Part shown: piece after piece, positions 25,988 through 38,499 of the stretch | Position numbering within the stretch: position 1 is the first letter of the stretch | How the letters are laid out: each line of letters opens with the position of its first letter | Assembly: GCA_013265495.1 (NCBI GenBank) | Contig: MU057711.1 | Coordinates: 2,616,844 to 2,680,843 of the forward strand | Direction: 5' to 3' | DNA length: 64,000 nucleotides | Source of the DNA: Vicugna vicugna | Taxonomy: Eukaryota | The notes under the pieces: model-generated | Told to the model about the DNA's origin: nothing | The model's database searches: none | The model's input: the letters and a program-made list of their open reading frames with translations, nothing else | Translations under genes and position numbers: made by a program

Positions 25988-26083
25988 GAGCTCCAGTGTG
26001 ACGTGTCTGTGGAGGAGGACAGCCGGCAGGAGTGGACCTTCACCCTGTATGACTTTGACAACAACGGCAAGGTCACCCGCGAG
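25988..26083 (+). CDS. NKD1: NKD1 coding exon (exon 6 equivalent), 96 nt, EF-hand/EFX region
   Basis: tgttcag acceptor. Encodes ELQCDVSVEEDSRQEWTFTLYDFDNNGKVTRE, including the Naked EF-hand loop DFDNNGKVTRE. Donor GAG|gtgagc. Confidence 0.98.
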
Positions 26084-29000
26084 GTGAGCACACCCGCCAG
26101 GCCTCCCGCCACCGGCCACGCCCTCGGGCACAGGAGTGTTCATAGTGTGCCCACCACTGCTGCCCCTTCCCCTCCTCCTGAAGTCGGCCCAGCTCCTCAG
26201 GGCAGGTGGGGAGGGCAGGAGCGAGGGTGTTGGGAGCTTCAGGGAGACCTGTGAGCAAGGGAGAGGTGACAGAGAGGACAGGGCAGCCGAGGTGCTGTCC
26301 CTGCTGATGGGACAGGGCAGCAGGGCAAGAGGGAGGCGCAGAGCCCTGAGGCCTCCCTAGAGAAGCCTGGGCCCCAGCGGAGTGCTGTCCTGTCTCCTTC
26401 TCTCTCAGGTCCCGGAGCTCTGGGACAGGGCCAGGACCACCCCAGGCCACTTCCAACCTTGGCGAGGCTGCCCAGGAGCTGGGGTGGGCTGGGCACCTGA
26501 AGGCCAAGCAATGCCTCCCTCACTGATGCAGGAATGAGCACCTCCCCTGGCCGCTGGCTCTGTTCACAAGCCTGTTCCTCCTCACCCTTCCCTGGTCATG
26601 CCTGTCTCTCTTCTCTCAAACCTCCCACATGGAGCATCTCTGTCCTCCCTGTGTTCCTCTCACACTTTCTCCACGCCTGGGTCTGCACACGGAGCATCTG
26701 CTGTGAGCATAACCCCGTGCATGAGATGTAGAGTGGGGAACTACACAGACGCAGTTTCAAGCTGTGTGGCTCTGACGGTCTGTGGAGAGAACCAGAGCCC
26801 AAAAAGTCACAGGATCATTGTAAACTGGGATGTGTTCAGTGAAGGAGATAAACAGAGTGGTATGACTGACCGAGATGGGCGGGAGTGTGCAGGGAAGCCT
26901 CCTGGAGGAGGTGACGTGGGTGCTGAGCCGTGCGGCGTGCCAAGCTGGGGGACAGCCCTAGGCCTGGGAGAGTGAGGCGCTCAGGGTGTTTAAGGAAATG
27001 GAGGAGACTGGTACAGTGGCTGCTTAACTGCTTATCCGGAGACAGGGCTGCAGCCAGGGGCCAAAAGGACAGGTCACGTGGGGCCTGTAACCGATCTGCA
27101 TAGAGGTCTGAGATTAGCATGGCTGGCTGCACGCCTGCCCCCTGGCCAGCACGTGAGGGCTGCAGGGTGTTCCCAGGGAGAACTGAAGCTTTGCCATCTT
27201 ATCTCCCTGTCCTGGTTCAGGGCTCAGTGTTTTCTTCTCTGCAGATAGTACAGGGAGGGTTGCCAGAGGGGAGACCTGGGTGAAAAAAGGCCATCTCTCC
27301 TTTAGGCTGTGATTTAGAGGAGGTTCTAACAGGTTGGAGGAAGAAGCTGTGAGTGACTTTTAATCATTCAAGACTCTTTGGGGTGTGACAGGACTCCAGC
27401 ACAAACTAAGATAAATTAAAACAAGCAAACAAAAAAAGAGGACTGTATTGGCACATGTTACTGAAATTCAGTCCAGGAGCACTGACTTCAGGCATGGCTG
27501 GATCCAGGGGCTCAGTGCCTTTAGGACTAGCTATTCTTCACAGTTTTCTTACCTCTGTATTCTTTATCAGGCAGGCTCTCCTTTTGGCAGGAGCCAGACA
27601 ATGGCTAATAGCTTCAATCTATATGCCATGCTGTCTGCAGCCACCCTCCACCCCTAAATTCAGAATGTCAGCTGGAGTTCCAGAACTGAATCTCACTGGC
27701 TTTGACTGGGTCACATGTCTGGTCCTGAACCAGTCATTTTTGCCATAAGTTTGTGAAGATGTGTTTAATGGCCAGTTCTGGGGCCATGTGCTCATTCTGG
27801 AGTCAGGGGAAAGTTATTTGACACGTGAGTCACATCGCTTGAAAGTGGGAGGGAGGATGGATTTGGCTCACAAAATAAAATCAAAGTGCTATTATTAGGA
27901 GAAGGGAAAATGGATTCGAGGTAGGCAAAGCCCCCAGAGGGACCTGGGTGTTTGAGAAGCAGTGGAGACCCTTCCCAGTTTGGGACCCTGGGGAGATAGG
28001 GGATGGTTTAGGTGAGACCCCGACTAGTGCCCTCCAGCTGCAATGCTTTCTGTGAGGAGTTACTGTTTTTCCAGAGAGCGGAGTCCCTGTTCCCCCCCTC
28101 CCAGTCTGTTTGGGAGTGGCAGCTACAATGTCATTATCTTCACAGGGGAAGCATCACAGGCTAGTAGCCTGTGTAATGGAACTGAATTGTGGGGAGGCAC
28201 CTATTTGTTAAATCTCTGGGCTAGCCAGGCTGGGTTCCGGGGGCGTGCTGGAAGCTCCCTCTCTTCTAACATGTGCAGTGGCCAAGAGAACTCAGACCCC
28301 GTCGCCGCCGCCTTTTTTCCGGTTCAGAAGAGGCTGAGGAGCCTCATGAGCTGATGATAAAAAGGGTGTGCCCCCTACCTCGGAGGCCTTACAGGAACCT
28401 TGCAGGCAGTCATTGCTTTCTGATTCTGCATTCTGCTTTCCTTTAACCCTTGGTAAAAAGAGAAATAGCCAGGAAGTGAGGATTTCCAGGGAGGGTGCCC
28501 CAGCCCCAGAGAGAGCCTTCACTGGTGTCTTTCCCCTGCCAAGGAGCAAGGAGGTTGGTTTCCAGTCCAGGGAAGACCCAGCCTGGTGTTTCCACTGGTC
28601 TATTTTTAGCCCCAAAGCCAGTCCTTCAATCTGACTATAAATACCGTTCCCCTCCGCACATTCTGGCTAGTAGCACGCAAGTTCCTGCATGCTGGGGCAG
28701 ACTGGCTCCCGGCTCCCGGCAACCACAGCCTGCAGCTGGCATCTGGGCTGACTTCCCAACTCAGAAGAAAGTCCCTCTTCATTCTTCAGGTGTTCATTTG
28801 TACCATCAATATTCACAGGCACCCACTCCTCTGTGCCAGACTCTAAGCAGTCAGCAGGGCTGATTTTCCAGCTGGAATTGCCCACTTGTTTGTAGACCCT
28901 GAATCAGCTGGGACCCTCTGGGATTGCACACCAGGACCCCAGGCCTGCTATTTGATGCTTAGGTGGTGATGTTGTGGACCTCACGTTCCTCATCTGTCAA

Positions 29001-29227
29001 ATAGAGATAATGACTCCCCCTTCACGGGCTTCCTACAATGATGAGAGAGAGTGGGCAACTGTAGCTGTGCAGAGCGGCTCAAGGGAAAGAGAAGGGAGAA
29101 GAGGGGTCCTTTGTGGGCTTTGCCAGAAAAGCTGGGATCCCCTGTAAGTTAGCCAGTGACTGGCTGGAGCCCAGATCCAAACTGGCAGCCCCAATCTAGC
29201 CCCCAGATATTCCAGCCCAGTACAGGC

Positions 29228-30262
29228 CACAAAAGCAAAGATAGATGAATTGGACTACATTAAAATTAAAAATATCTGTGCATCAAAGGACACAATCAGC
29301 AGAGTGAATGGCAACCTATGGAATAGAAGAAAATATCGGCAAAGCATATGTCTGAGAAGGGATTAGTATTTAGAATACATAAAGAACTACAACTCAACAA
29401 TAAAACAACTGGATTAAAAAACGGACAAAGACTTAACCAGACATTTCTCCAAAGAGTATATACAAATAGCCAATAAGCACAAGAAAAGATGTTCAGCATC
29501 ACTAATCATCAGGAAAATGCAAATCAAAACCACAGTGAGGTATCACCTCACACCTGTTATGATGACTGTGATCGAAAAGACAAGAAATAACAAGTGTTGG
29601 TGAGGATGTGGAGAAAAGGGAACCCTTGTGCACTGTTGGTGGGAATTTAAATTGGTTCAGCCACTATGGAAAATCATACAGAGGTTCCTCAAAATATTAA
29701 ACACAGAATTACCATACAATCTAGCAATTCCATTTCTGGGTATACACCCAGAAGAATTGAAAGCAGATTCTCTAAGAGATACTTGTACAGCCATGTGCAT
29801 AGTGGCATTACTCACAAGAACTAGAAGGTGGAAGCAACCCAAGAGTCCACTGATGGATGAATAGATAAGCAAAATGGGACCTACCCATACATGGTACATT
29901 ATTTAGCTTTAAAAAGGAAACAGTATAACTGAAAAATTGTGCTCTACACTGGAAATTGACACAACATTGTAAAACAACTATAACTCAATAAAAAATGTTA
30001 AAAATAAAATAAAATAAACTGTCATAATAAATAAATAAACTAATTAATAAAAAAAACATAGAAAAATAAATAAAAAGGAAGGAAATTCTGACACATGCTA
30101 CAACATGGATGAACCTTGAGGACCTTATGCTAAGTGAAAGAAGCCAGTCACAAAAAGACAAATGCTGTGTGATTTCACTTATTTGAAGTACCTAGAGGAG
30201 TCAGATTCATAGAGACAGAGAATGGTGGTTGCCAGGGGTGGGGGGCAGAAGGGAATGAGTTG
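29228..30262 (+). mobile_element. Old L1 (L1M-type) 3' ORF2/3'UTR fragment interrupted by a younger L1 3' end
   Basis: ORF2 C-terminal-like sequence (track ORF 29628..29864, HCWWEFKLVQPLWK...) with disabling changes. The nested insert at 29920-30070 is flanked by taaaaaggaa at 29910-29919 and 30071-30080. Confidence 0.9.
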
Positions 30263-31305
30263 AAAAAAATTAAATTAGTTGCCAGTATCAAAGATTCTGA
30301 AGATGTAACAGGAGATTCTGGACACCTGGCTTCTCTGCAATGACCCTCAGCCTGCATTGCCACATTGCAAGGCAGCTGAGCTGGGTGGCTGCCACCTCCT
30401 GTGGGCAGGGGACAGTACCCCAGGTGGCCCCTCTACTCCTGGTCATCCATCCACTCACCTGCATGGCCATGGCAGTGCTTGGTGTCACCTCTGCCTAAGA
30501 GCTTCTGGGTGAGGGGCGAAGCGGGCTGAGTCCGTCTGAGTTCCAAAGGGATGCTGGGCAGATAATCGACCATCTGTGAGCTTGATCTCTGGAGAGTAAA
30601 TACCTTTTCCAGAGTTCGAACATCATTTAAAAGCCTCCCTTCAGACAAAGGACCTTAGCAGATGCCAAGAACAAAGGGAGACCCAGTGAGGTGGACCCAA
30701 TCCCCACTCCATCCCCCAGTCAGAAGGATTTGAAACGCCCTGTGGAGCATGGATTAGAGACCACTGTTCTGGTTAAGGGGATACCTGAGGCTCAGAGGGA
30801 AGATGAGATTTGGCCAAGTTTTCACAGAATAGCTTATCTTTAGGGACACATCCACTTTTCCATTTTTCATCTAGAAGGTGCTCATCAGACCTGCAGCAGA
30901 CGCTGCTGACACCCGCCCCCACTGTATCCATGGCCTTCCTCTAAGATTACCTGTTAGTGCCCAGCATAAGAGCTTTCTCTGGTGCCTGGGAGATGGCTTA
31001 ATCTTTGCAGGACAGCCCAGAGGTCAGGAGGATGTAGCATCCCCAGGGCAGCTCTCCACCAGCAGCAGATGAGAGTTTCCTGAAGCGACTTCCACACAGG
31101 CCCTCCGAGGGCCTTTGTGCCACTGAGCCCCGCTGCCTGCGCCCTTCCTGCGCACTCAGATCATTCATTCTCCCTCGTTCCCTCACTCTTGCTTCCCCTC
31201 CCAATGAACCTCTGACATCCCCGTGTTTGCCTGATGCTGGGCTTTGGAGGAACCAGGGGGATTCTGCCCATCAGATTCCCCAGGCCCTCTGATTCCTTTG
31301 TTTTA

Positions 31306-31401
31306 TTTTGTTTTATTTTTTAAATGGAGGTACTGGGGATTGAACCCAGGACCTCGTGCATGCTAAGCATGCGCTTTACCACTGAGCTGAACCAATCCCC
31401 A
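31306..31401 (-). mobile_element. Vic-1-type SINE with 12-bp TSD
   Basis: Reverse complement is tRNA-Ala(AGC)-like followed by an A-rich tail. TSD tcctttgtttta at 31294-31305 and 31402-31413. Confidence 0.9.
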
Positions 31402-31463
31402 TCCTTTGTTTTAAATGCATGTGACTGAAGCCTGTGTGGGGCTCTGCTTCCCTCCCCATCCAG

Positions 31464-31611
31464 GACATCACCAGCCTACTGCACACCATCTACGAGGTGG
31501 TCGACTCCTCCGTCAACCACTCCCCGACATCGAGCAAGACGCTGCGGGTGAAGCTCACCGTGGCCCCCGATGGGAGCCAGAGCAGGAAGAGCATCCTTGT
31601 CAATCACCCCG
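31464..31611 (+). CDS. NKD1: NKD1 coding exon (exon 7 equivalent), 148 nt
   Basis: cttccctccccatccag acceptor. Encodes DITSLLHTIYEVVDSSVNHSPTSSKTLRVKLTVAPDGSQSRKSILVNHP+1 nt. Donor CCG|gtgagg. Confidence 0.97.
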
Positions 31612-32129
31612 GTGAGGGGCTGGAGGCCCATCCTGGCCGTGGGGGTCAGTCCACTCCCAGCCCTCTGGAAGGGTCAAATCCCCAGCTAGGAGGAGTGGGC
31701 GGGAGTCCTGGGGGCTCTCCTGCGAGCCGCTCTGTGGACAGGAGGGATCTGAGCGGGTCCTGGAGGGGTAGGGTTTAGGTGGGGAAGGAATTCCAGAGCA
31801 CTGGAGGTGGGCCTGGCGTGGCAAGCAAGTAAAGGCTTGTGTTGTGGTGAGTGTGGGTGGGCAGGCCCTGGAAGGCAGCTAAGGCGTCTGGGGAGGGGGT
31901 GAGCCTAGGGGAGGAGTTAAGCAGAGCAGGTAGCTATGAGGCCTCTCTATTTAGTCCTGGCTCGGGGAACCCTCCCCACAGAGCCATCCTGAAGCTGCTG
32001 TGGGTCAGTTTTCAAGGACTGTGTGACAGGCAGTGGGACAACCTGGGCAGGGCCGGGGAGCCTGGGAGCCAGGGGGCCGGCAGGTGCAGGAACACGCTAC
32101 TCACCCGCTGTTTCTCTGGCGGGACTCAG

Positions 32130-32214
32130 ACCTGCAGAGCACCAGGCCCAGAGCGGAGACCAAGCCCGCCGAGGAGCTGCGAAGCTGGGAGAAGAAGCAG
32201 CGAGCCCTCCTCAG
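32130..32214 (+). CDS. NKD1: NKD1 coding exon (exon 8 equivalent), 85 nt
   Basis: gggactcag acceptor. Encodes (D)LQSTRPRAETKPAEELRSWEKKQRALL(R). Donor CAG|gtacag. Phases are consistent on both sides. Confidence 0.95.
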
Positions 32215-32377
32215 GTACAGCGGGCAAGGGCCTCTGAGCCCGGATTGAGCACCAGCTGTGTACCTGCCTCTGAGGGATTCTGAGCAGAAGGTTGCTGTCC
32301 TGTGTTCTCCCCAGAGGGCAGTGATTTCAGAGGACAGGCTCACAAATCAAACCCAATTTTCCAAAATAGCTAAATGT

Positions 32378-32680
32378 AGGTCTGCAGTGCTTCATCCAAA
32401 ATGCTTCAGGCCAGATGTTTTGGAATCCGGCATTTGCTGGGTTTGAGAAAGGGGCTCCTGGCATATTTCTCATGCATTCTATTTGGGGTCTGAGAGGCAC
32501 CTCAGGATTTAGCACGTCGCTGTTTCTGCACAGACATGTATAAATACTCACACTAAGGGAGATAAAGACTATGGCTATTTTCACATCTGTTTAGAGCAAG
32601 CTTGGCTGCCAAATGGGTTATGAAAAATCTTTGTTTTCAGGCGTTTTGGATTTCAGAATTGTGGGTAAGGCAGCATCTGT
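32378..32680 (+). mobile_element. MER46C-like TcMar-Tigger MITE
   Basis: ggccagatgttttggaatccggcatttg...actcacactaagggagataaagacta...ttttggatttcagaattgtgggtaagg resembles MER46C as I recall it. Confidence 0.65.
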
Positions 32681-33526
32681 CTTTCACCTGTTGTTACTTT
32701 TTGAGCTACAGGGAAGGAAGGGAAGAGAGGGAGGGAAGAGAAAAGAGAGAGACTGGGTGAAGAAAAGCGTTGAGTACACGGTAATATGAAGTAACTAATA
32801 TGGGAGGGGTGAGTGTGTGATACCTGCTGCGAACATGGAAAGGGAATGACGGGCAAGCACGAGCTTAGGGGAAAGGGAGAAGGCCGTCCAGGCAGGCACA
32901 CAGCATGGTGTGGGGGCCGGACTGAGAACTGAGGGGCCCAGGCTGGCTACAGATGTGGGGGGCTGTTCTGGGGGTAGCAGGGAGGAGGCAGGTGGGTGTG
33001 GGCAGATCACAGGGGCCCCTGAAGGGGAGGGGCAGGGAGCCCAGCATCCTGCAGTGAGAGAATGGTCACCTCTCTTCCCTGCACCCTGTCCTGCACACAC
33101 ACTGGGAGGGCCCATTCTGGGCCTTGGGCAGTTTACAGAATCTTCCAGCCTCAACTCCAGGGCCTGGGGGCTTCTGTTCTCCCCACCCCCTGGGGAGCCA
33201 GGAAAGCGTTAAGGGACACACAGTTTTAAGCCTAGCTTTGGAGCATCCTTAGGTTCTGACCAGTAATCCTCTCCTTTGCTTTGGGCCTGTTCAAAGCATC
33301 ATCCCTGTCCAGTCCTCCCAGAAGGCCCAGGGAGGCCAGGTAGGGGAGGAAATGGGGGCATAGAATGAGTGCAAGGTGGCCAGTCTCTCCCTCCCTGCTC
33401 CCAAGACCCAGATGGAAATTAACAGACATCCAGAAGGACTTGTCCTGCTGGCAGCTTCCCAGTAGCTTGTGGGACCTCTCCCGTCGTGGGGCCAGGGCCC
33501 ACCTGCTCACTTGCCTTCCCTGCTAG

Positions 33527-33654
33527 GTTCCAGGGTGACAGCCGTCTGGAGCAGCATGGCTGCTACCACCATTGCGTGGATGAAAACATTGAGAGGAGAA
33601 ACCACTACTTAGATCTCGCCGGGATAGAAAACTACACATCCCAGTTTGGGCCTG
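33527..33654 (+). CDS. NKD1: NKD1 coding exon (exon 9 equivalent), 128 nt
   Basis: ttgccttccctgctag acceptor. Encodes FQGDSRLEQHGCYHHCVDENIERRNHYLDLAGIENYTSQFGP, with the conserved Naked motif CVDENIERRNHYLDLAGIENYTS. Donor CTG|gtaagg. Confidence 0.98.
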
Positions 33655-34439
33655 GTAAGGGAGTTCCTTCACCAGGGAGGGCGGCGAGGGGAGGGTGTAG
33701 CTGGGCGGGCAAGTGGGCCAGGGTGGGAGGTGTTCACTGTCCCCCCTGGGCTGGGGGAAGGCGTTGCTTTTACTGGACAGATGAAAGTCTTCTTGGCTGA
33801 GATGACATTCAAAACAGTTAAAAAATGAAAGTAACACACGCACAAAGTTGAACAAAATCAAATGGTATCCGAGTGCTTATAATACAATGAAAATGACAGT
33901 TCAGTGCTGCGCCCCAAACCACCCCACCCTGTTCCCCTGTCTTCCAGTGAGGATCCTGGCTTCGTTAGGCAAAACATGGCTCTGTCCTTGACATCTTAGC
34001 TCTTACTAAGATAAATGAAGACACAGTCCACTTAATTTCACTCCCCCCAGCGCCCTTCTCCCCTTCCTCCTCTTGTGTTTAATTCCTCTGTGGGTTACCT
34101 CTAAGTTAAGGGATATGCTTGTCAATTTCCTTCGTGCTCCAGTGACCTTAGACAGTTAACAATGTCTCTGTCTCCTCTCTTTCAAAGTTCTCAGAAGAAG
34201 AATTACTTATTTTCAAAGATCTAACAATTTTTCCCACTTAGCAGATGGCAAAGTTCCATTCGAGAAAAGTTTCCTCCAAGGCAGGGAGGAGCAGTCAGTG
34301 TGTGGGGAGGGGGGAGCTCTGATAAGGAACAGCTGCCTCTACCCGTCTTGGAGAACTAGGGGTGGGGTGGTTTCTGGGACACTGTGCAACACCGGCACAC
34401 AGTAGGTGCTCATGAAATCTCTCTTGAATTGGTCCCTAG

Positions 34440-35029
34440 GCTCCCTGTCCGTGGCCCAGAAGTCAGAACTGCCCCCCCGCACCTCCAACCCGACTCGATC
34501 TCGCTCGCATGAGCCAGAAGCCGTCCACGTCCCACAGCGGAAGCCGCCCGGCGCGGACCCGGCCTCCTTCCACTTCCTTGACGCCCCATTCGCCAAGGTC
34601 TCGGAGGTCCAGCAGCGGCTCCGGGCCACCCAGGACGGGAGCAAGCACTTTGTGAGGTCCCCCAAGGCCCAGGGCAAGAGTGTGGGTGTGGGCCACGCGG
34701 CCAGAGGGGCAAGAAGCAAACCCCCCGTGGGACCCGCCGTCCCTGCGGTGTCCCCGTCCGCCCACCTGGCCGCCAGCCCGGCCCTGCTCCCCACTCTGGC
34801 GCCCCTCGGGCACAAGAAACACAAGCACCGCGCCAAGGAGAGCCAGCCGGGGTGCCGGGGCCTGCAGGCGCCGCTGGCCGTGGGCGGCCCCGTCGTGGGG
34901 CGGGACCACGTGAGGGAGCTGCCCGCCGTGGTGGTGTACGAGAGCCCGGCCGGCCAGGCGGTCCAGAGACACGAGCATCACCACCACCACGAGCACCACC
35001 ACCATTACCACCACTTCTACCAGACATAG
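34440..35029 (+). CDS. NKD1: NKD1 terminal coding exon (exon 10 equivalent), 590 coding nt, ending in the His-rich tail
   Basis: ggtccctag acceptor. Encodes (G)SLSVAQKSELPPRTSNPTRSRSHEPE...QRHEHHHHHEHHHHYHHFYQT*, TAG at 35027-35029. CpG-rich. Confidence 0.98.
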
Positions 35030-36336
35030 AGCCCCGCATCCCCCTGCCCCCGAGGCATTATTATTCTATTAATTATTGTTATTATGACGATTATTGTTAT
35101 TAATAATTATTGTTACTCCACTAATATTCAGCTAGCCTCCATGTAGAAGATATATGGAAACACAGAACTAAACTTTTATTTATATATTGTGGGGACTGCA
35201 TAACTTACCCAAGAAGGGACTCTGGGTCTGGAAGTGGCCTGTAGCGGCAGAGGCTCCCTGGGGATCTGGAGCTGCCGGGTCTACGAAGGACATCCCACAC
35301 CCATCCCAGCCCCCGGGAGCCCTTGGCCAGAGCTCTGCCCCACCCCGGTCTCTTCCAAAAGAACACCCTTACCTGGCCTGGCTTCCAGAGACCCTCGAAA
35401 TCTCCGAGAAGATAAACAGCTGCTACCTCTTAGTATTATTCGGATTTTATTTTGCCCTTAACTGATTGTAATGTGCTACAAGGGATTTCAGCGGACTGCA
35501 GACGTGCGACCTTCCCAGCTGTTGTGTTTTTATGTCCCAGCCTAGAAACCTTAGCTGTCCTTTCTGGAGTTACCTTTCACGCATTTCCAGTGGGATCATG
35601 CCCTCCCCCCAAACCACTCCCATCTTCTCTGCCATGTGCCACATGAAAATACACCTGTCTCCTTTCTCTCCTCCTCCTCCTCTCTTCTTTAGAAAGATAC
35701 ACACACATGTTTGAAGACTACCCCCTGAAACCAGCCTTCACATTTTGGAAACCTCCAGAGAGGGAACCAACCACATAAACAAGCGTGGTTTTCCAAGATT
35801 GGGCAATTGTGTGCTGTTGGTTGTGACCGAAGATGTGGAAACCTCGGGTCCTACCGTTGGCAAATATAGATGTACCTACGTGGTTCTCTAACAGAGCTTC
35901 CTGTATCTATAGGTAGATGCCGTCAGTCCGTTTCTATGTATCTTTCTATAAATATACACTCTCAGGTACCTTTTCTGGTGTGCAGAAATCGGTGGTTTGC
36001 TTCTCTAGATACATCCTGAGCCCAGACATGACCCTGCATGCCTCCTGTGGGGGCCCCTGTCCATTAGGTGCCAGTAGCCACTTGCTTGTCATTGGGGGTC
36101 CTTTCTTGAGGTTTGGGATCTGGCAGATTTGGGAGAAGCCTGTTGGAGTACAGAAACTTGGAGGGAAATGGGGACAGTGGCCAGAGTTGGGATCCTGAAG
36201 CAGTGTCCTCTGCAGAGCAGGGTTTTGTTTGATAGAGACCTGGGGAGGCCAGGAAAAGGACCCCTGTCAACCAGTCAAAGGCCCGGTGAAAAACTGACGC
36301 CACACATGTTATAACTGGGTACTTTGGGGTGAGTTG

Positions 36337-36342
36337 AATAAA
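36337..36342 (+). terminator. Candidate proximal polyadenylation signal for NKD1 (AATAAA)
   Basis: First canonical AATAAA I found after the NKD1 stop (~1.3 kb downstream), followed by a short GT-rich stretch (aatgtgtggg). Usage is not demonstrable from sequence alone. Confidence 0.3.
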
Positions 36343-37984
36343 GGGAATATTTACAATGTGTGGGCAAATCCTCTTGAAAGAGTGCAGGGTTCTGGGCTGG
36401 CACTATGGGTGCCGCCCCCACCCCTGGAGTCAGGGGTGGGGTGGGAGGGAGTCATCCTCAGCAGACATGGGGATGGGGCCACCTGGAGGAGCCATGATCT
36501 TCACTCAGCGGATGCAGCCAGCCTGTGGGGACCCTACAGGGAAGTGGCTTCCTGCCCTCACTCCCCTGCCTGCCCGTATCCTGCTGAGGCCCCCTTGGCT
36601 GAAGCCACTGGGAGCCTGAGACCAAGGGAGCTGTTGACGAGGGCCACATCGGCATTCTTCCAGGGCAGAGGCAAGTGGAGGGTGAATCTGGAGAGACACA
36701 GGAAGAAAAAGCGGCTCCAGCTGCCTGTCTTTCTGCTGCTTGGTCTCCCAGCTGGCACCCCCTTTTCCAGAGCCTCAGGTGTTGGTTTAATGTGGTTGGT
36801 AAGGAGTCATTTTTAAAGATAGTAAAAATTAGTTATTGTCACTGTAGTATTAATTTTATTAGTTACTGGTGTGCCTGGGACTGGATTGGAACAGTTAATC
36901 CTGACAACAACCCTGAGGTAGCCAGTAGAAATGCGGGGAGCACATCAGGCTCAGAGAGGTTGATTAACAGTCTTGAGACCACACAGTAGGAGACAGATGT
37001 GGGATTCTAGTCTTCCTTAACCACTGGATTTGGGCTTCCCTTGTTTTGAGTTATGGGCTTCTGTCCATCAGGAACCACCTCAGACTGATAGGAATGTAAC
37101 CAAGCCAGGGAAGGTGGGGAGGGACTTTGAGATCCAGGAGGTGAATGAAGCTGAGCTCGCCCTTCATGGATTTATCCTTCTACTCCGACGTGCTTTGCCA
37201 TAGTGTGGGGACTGCTGGCACTCTGGGCCACACCACCAGATGGAGATAGATCTTCCACTAGGACAAGCCCAGGGAAGGATTCTGATCGGCTGGGCGTGGA
37301 TCCAGTACCCATCCCCGGACCAATCACTATGGCCCACCTGGAGAGTCACATGTCCAACCTGTGGATATGGGGTAGAGTCTGTGCCAGAAGAAGGGAGAGG
37401 AGGGGCACTGAGCAGATGGATGGCGCCCCAGGCCCAGAATTGCTGCAACCATGGAAACAGGCCAGGCATTGGATCCATGCTGGGAGCCTCTCTATGGCCT
37501 GGTGGGCTTAGAGCAGTTCCTCAGCCTCTGAGAGGAGGTCCCTGCGTCTCCCTGAGCCCAGTCCTGTCAAAGTTCTGTTACTTCCTGGTGACTGAAACTG
37601 ACCTAACTTTAAAAAGATAATAGCATGTGCACATGTAGAATATTCAAATACTGCACAAAGGTGTGCAGGAAGATGTACGCTTCCCTCCCACCTCCCCAAC
37701 TCCAGTTCCCCGGTGCCTTCTGGGACTTCAGTGCGGTGCAGAAGCTGGTGGTACCCGGCTGCCTGGGTTCAAATCCCGATTCCCTCCCTTAGGAGCTTTA
37801 TGTACCTCTCAAGTCTCAGTTTCCCCTTTATAAAGGGGGATCATAAGAGTCCATCCCATAGGGTTCTTGTGAGAATTCGGTGAGTTAAAATGGGGTGGGC
37901 CCACAGGAGCTCCATGAAAGTGTCGCTCCCATTTTTCACAAGAATAAATACATTTATATGAGATTGCTCCCTGTTTAAATTCTG

Positions 37985-38325
37985 TTAATTTTTTAAAAAG
38001 ACTTTTTCAGAGCAGTTTTAGAATCATGACAAAGTTGAGAAGGTGCGGAGATTTCCCATATACCCCCTGCCCCTATGCGTGCATCACAGCCCCATCCCCC
38101 ATTATCAACATCACTCAACCAAGGGTATGTTTTCACCAAGGATGATTCTATATTGAGACATCGTAGTCACCTAAAGTTCATAGTTTACCTTGGGGCTCAC
38201 TCTTGGTGTTGTATATTCAATGGATTTGGACAATGTATAATGACCCGTATCCATCACTATAATATTGTAGACTATTTTCACTGCCCTAAAAATGCTCCAT
38301 GCTCTGCCTATTCATCTCTCTCCTA
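37985..38325 (-). mobile_element. L1MC/MD-type 3'UTR fragment
   Basis: agagcagttttagaatc...atttcccatataccccctgccc...aaagttcatagtttaccttggggctcactcttggtgttgta. Same family as the + strand copy at 58745-59155. Confidence 0.75.
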
Positions 38326-38336
38326 CCCCCAATTTT

Positions 38337-38499
38337 TTTGTTGCTTTTTTTGTGTGTGTGTGTGTGGGTGGTAATTAAGTTTGTTTGTTTGTTTGTTTAT
38401 TTATTTATTTATTTATTTATTTTTAGTGGAGATACTGGGGATTGAACCCAGGACCTTGTGCATGCTAAGCATGCGCTCTACCACTGAGCTGTAAGCTCC
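38337..38499 (-). mobile_element. Vic-1-type SINE with (TTTA)/(TTTG)/(TG) tail
   Basis: Reverse complement of a tRNA-like head. TSD cccccaatttt at 38326-38336 and 38500-38510. Confidence 0.88.

Noticed and set aside
29628..29864. 78-aa ORF with L1 ORF2 C-terminal similarity
   Set aside because: Fragment of a decayed, truncated L1; not an intact gene.
31326..31401. tRNA-Ala(AGC)-like sequence (also at 16151, ~38430 and ~58850)
   Set aside because: A-rich tails, TSDs and disrupted acceptor stems mark these as SINE copies, not tRNA genes.
32130..33533. Secondary AG acceptors 8 nt into exon 8 and 7 nt into exon 9
   Set aside because: Both would frameshift, such downstream AGs are common, and nothing suggests they are used.
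34339..35103. Long overlapping antisense and alternative-frame ORFs over the last NKD1 exon (165-209 aa)
   Set aside because: Shadows of a GC-rich coding exon that is depleted of stops on the other frames. No independent splice signals or recognisable protein.
16151..38499. Inverted Vic-1 SINE pairs as dsRNA/A-to-I editing substrates in NKD1 pre-mRNA
   Set aside because: Opposite-orientation copies are 15 kb or more apart, short and diverged, so efficient pairing is unlikely.
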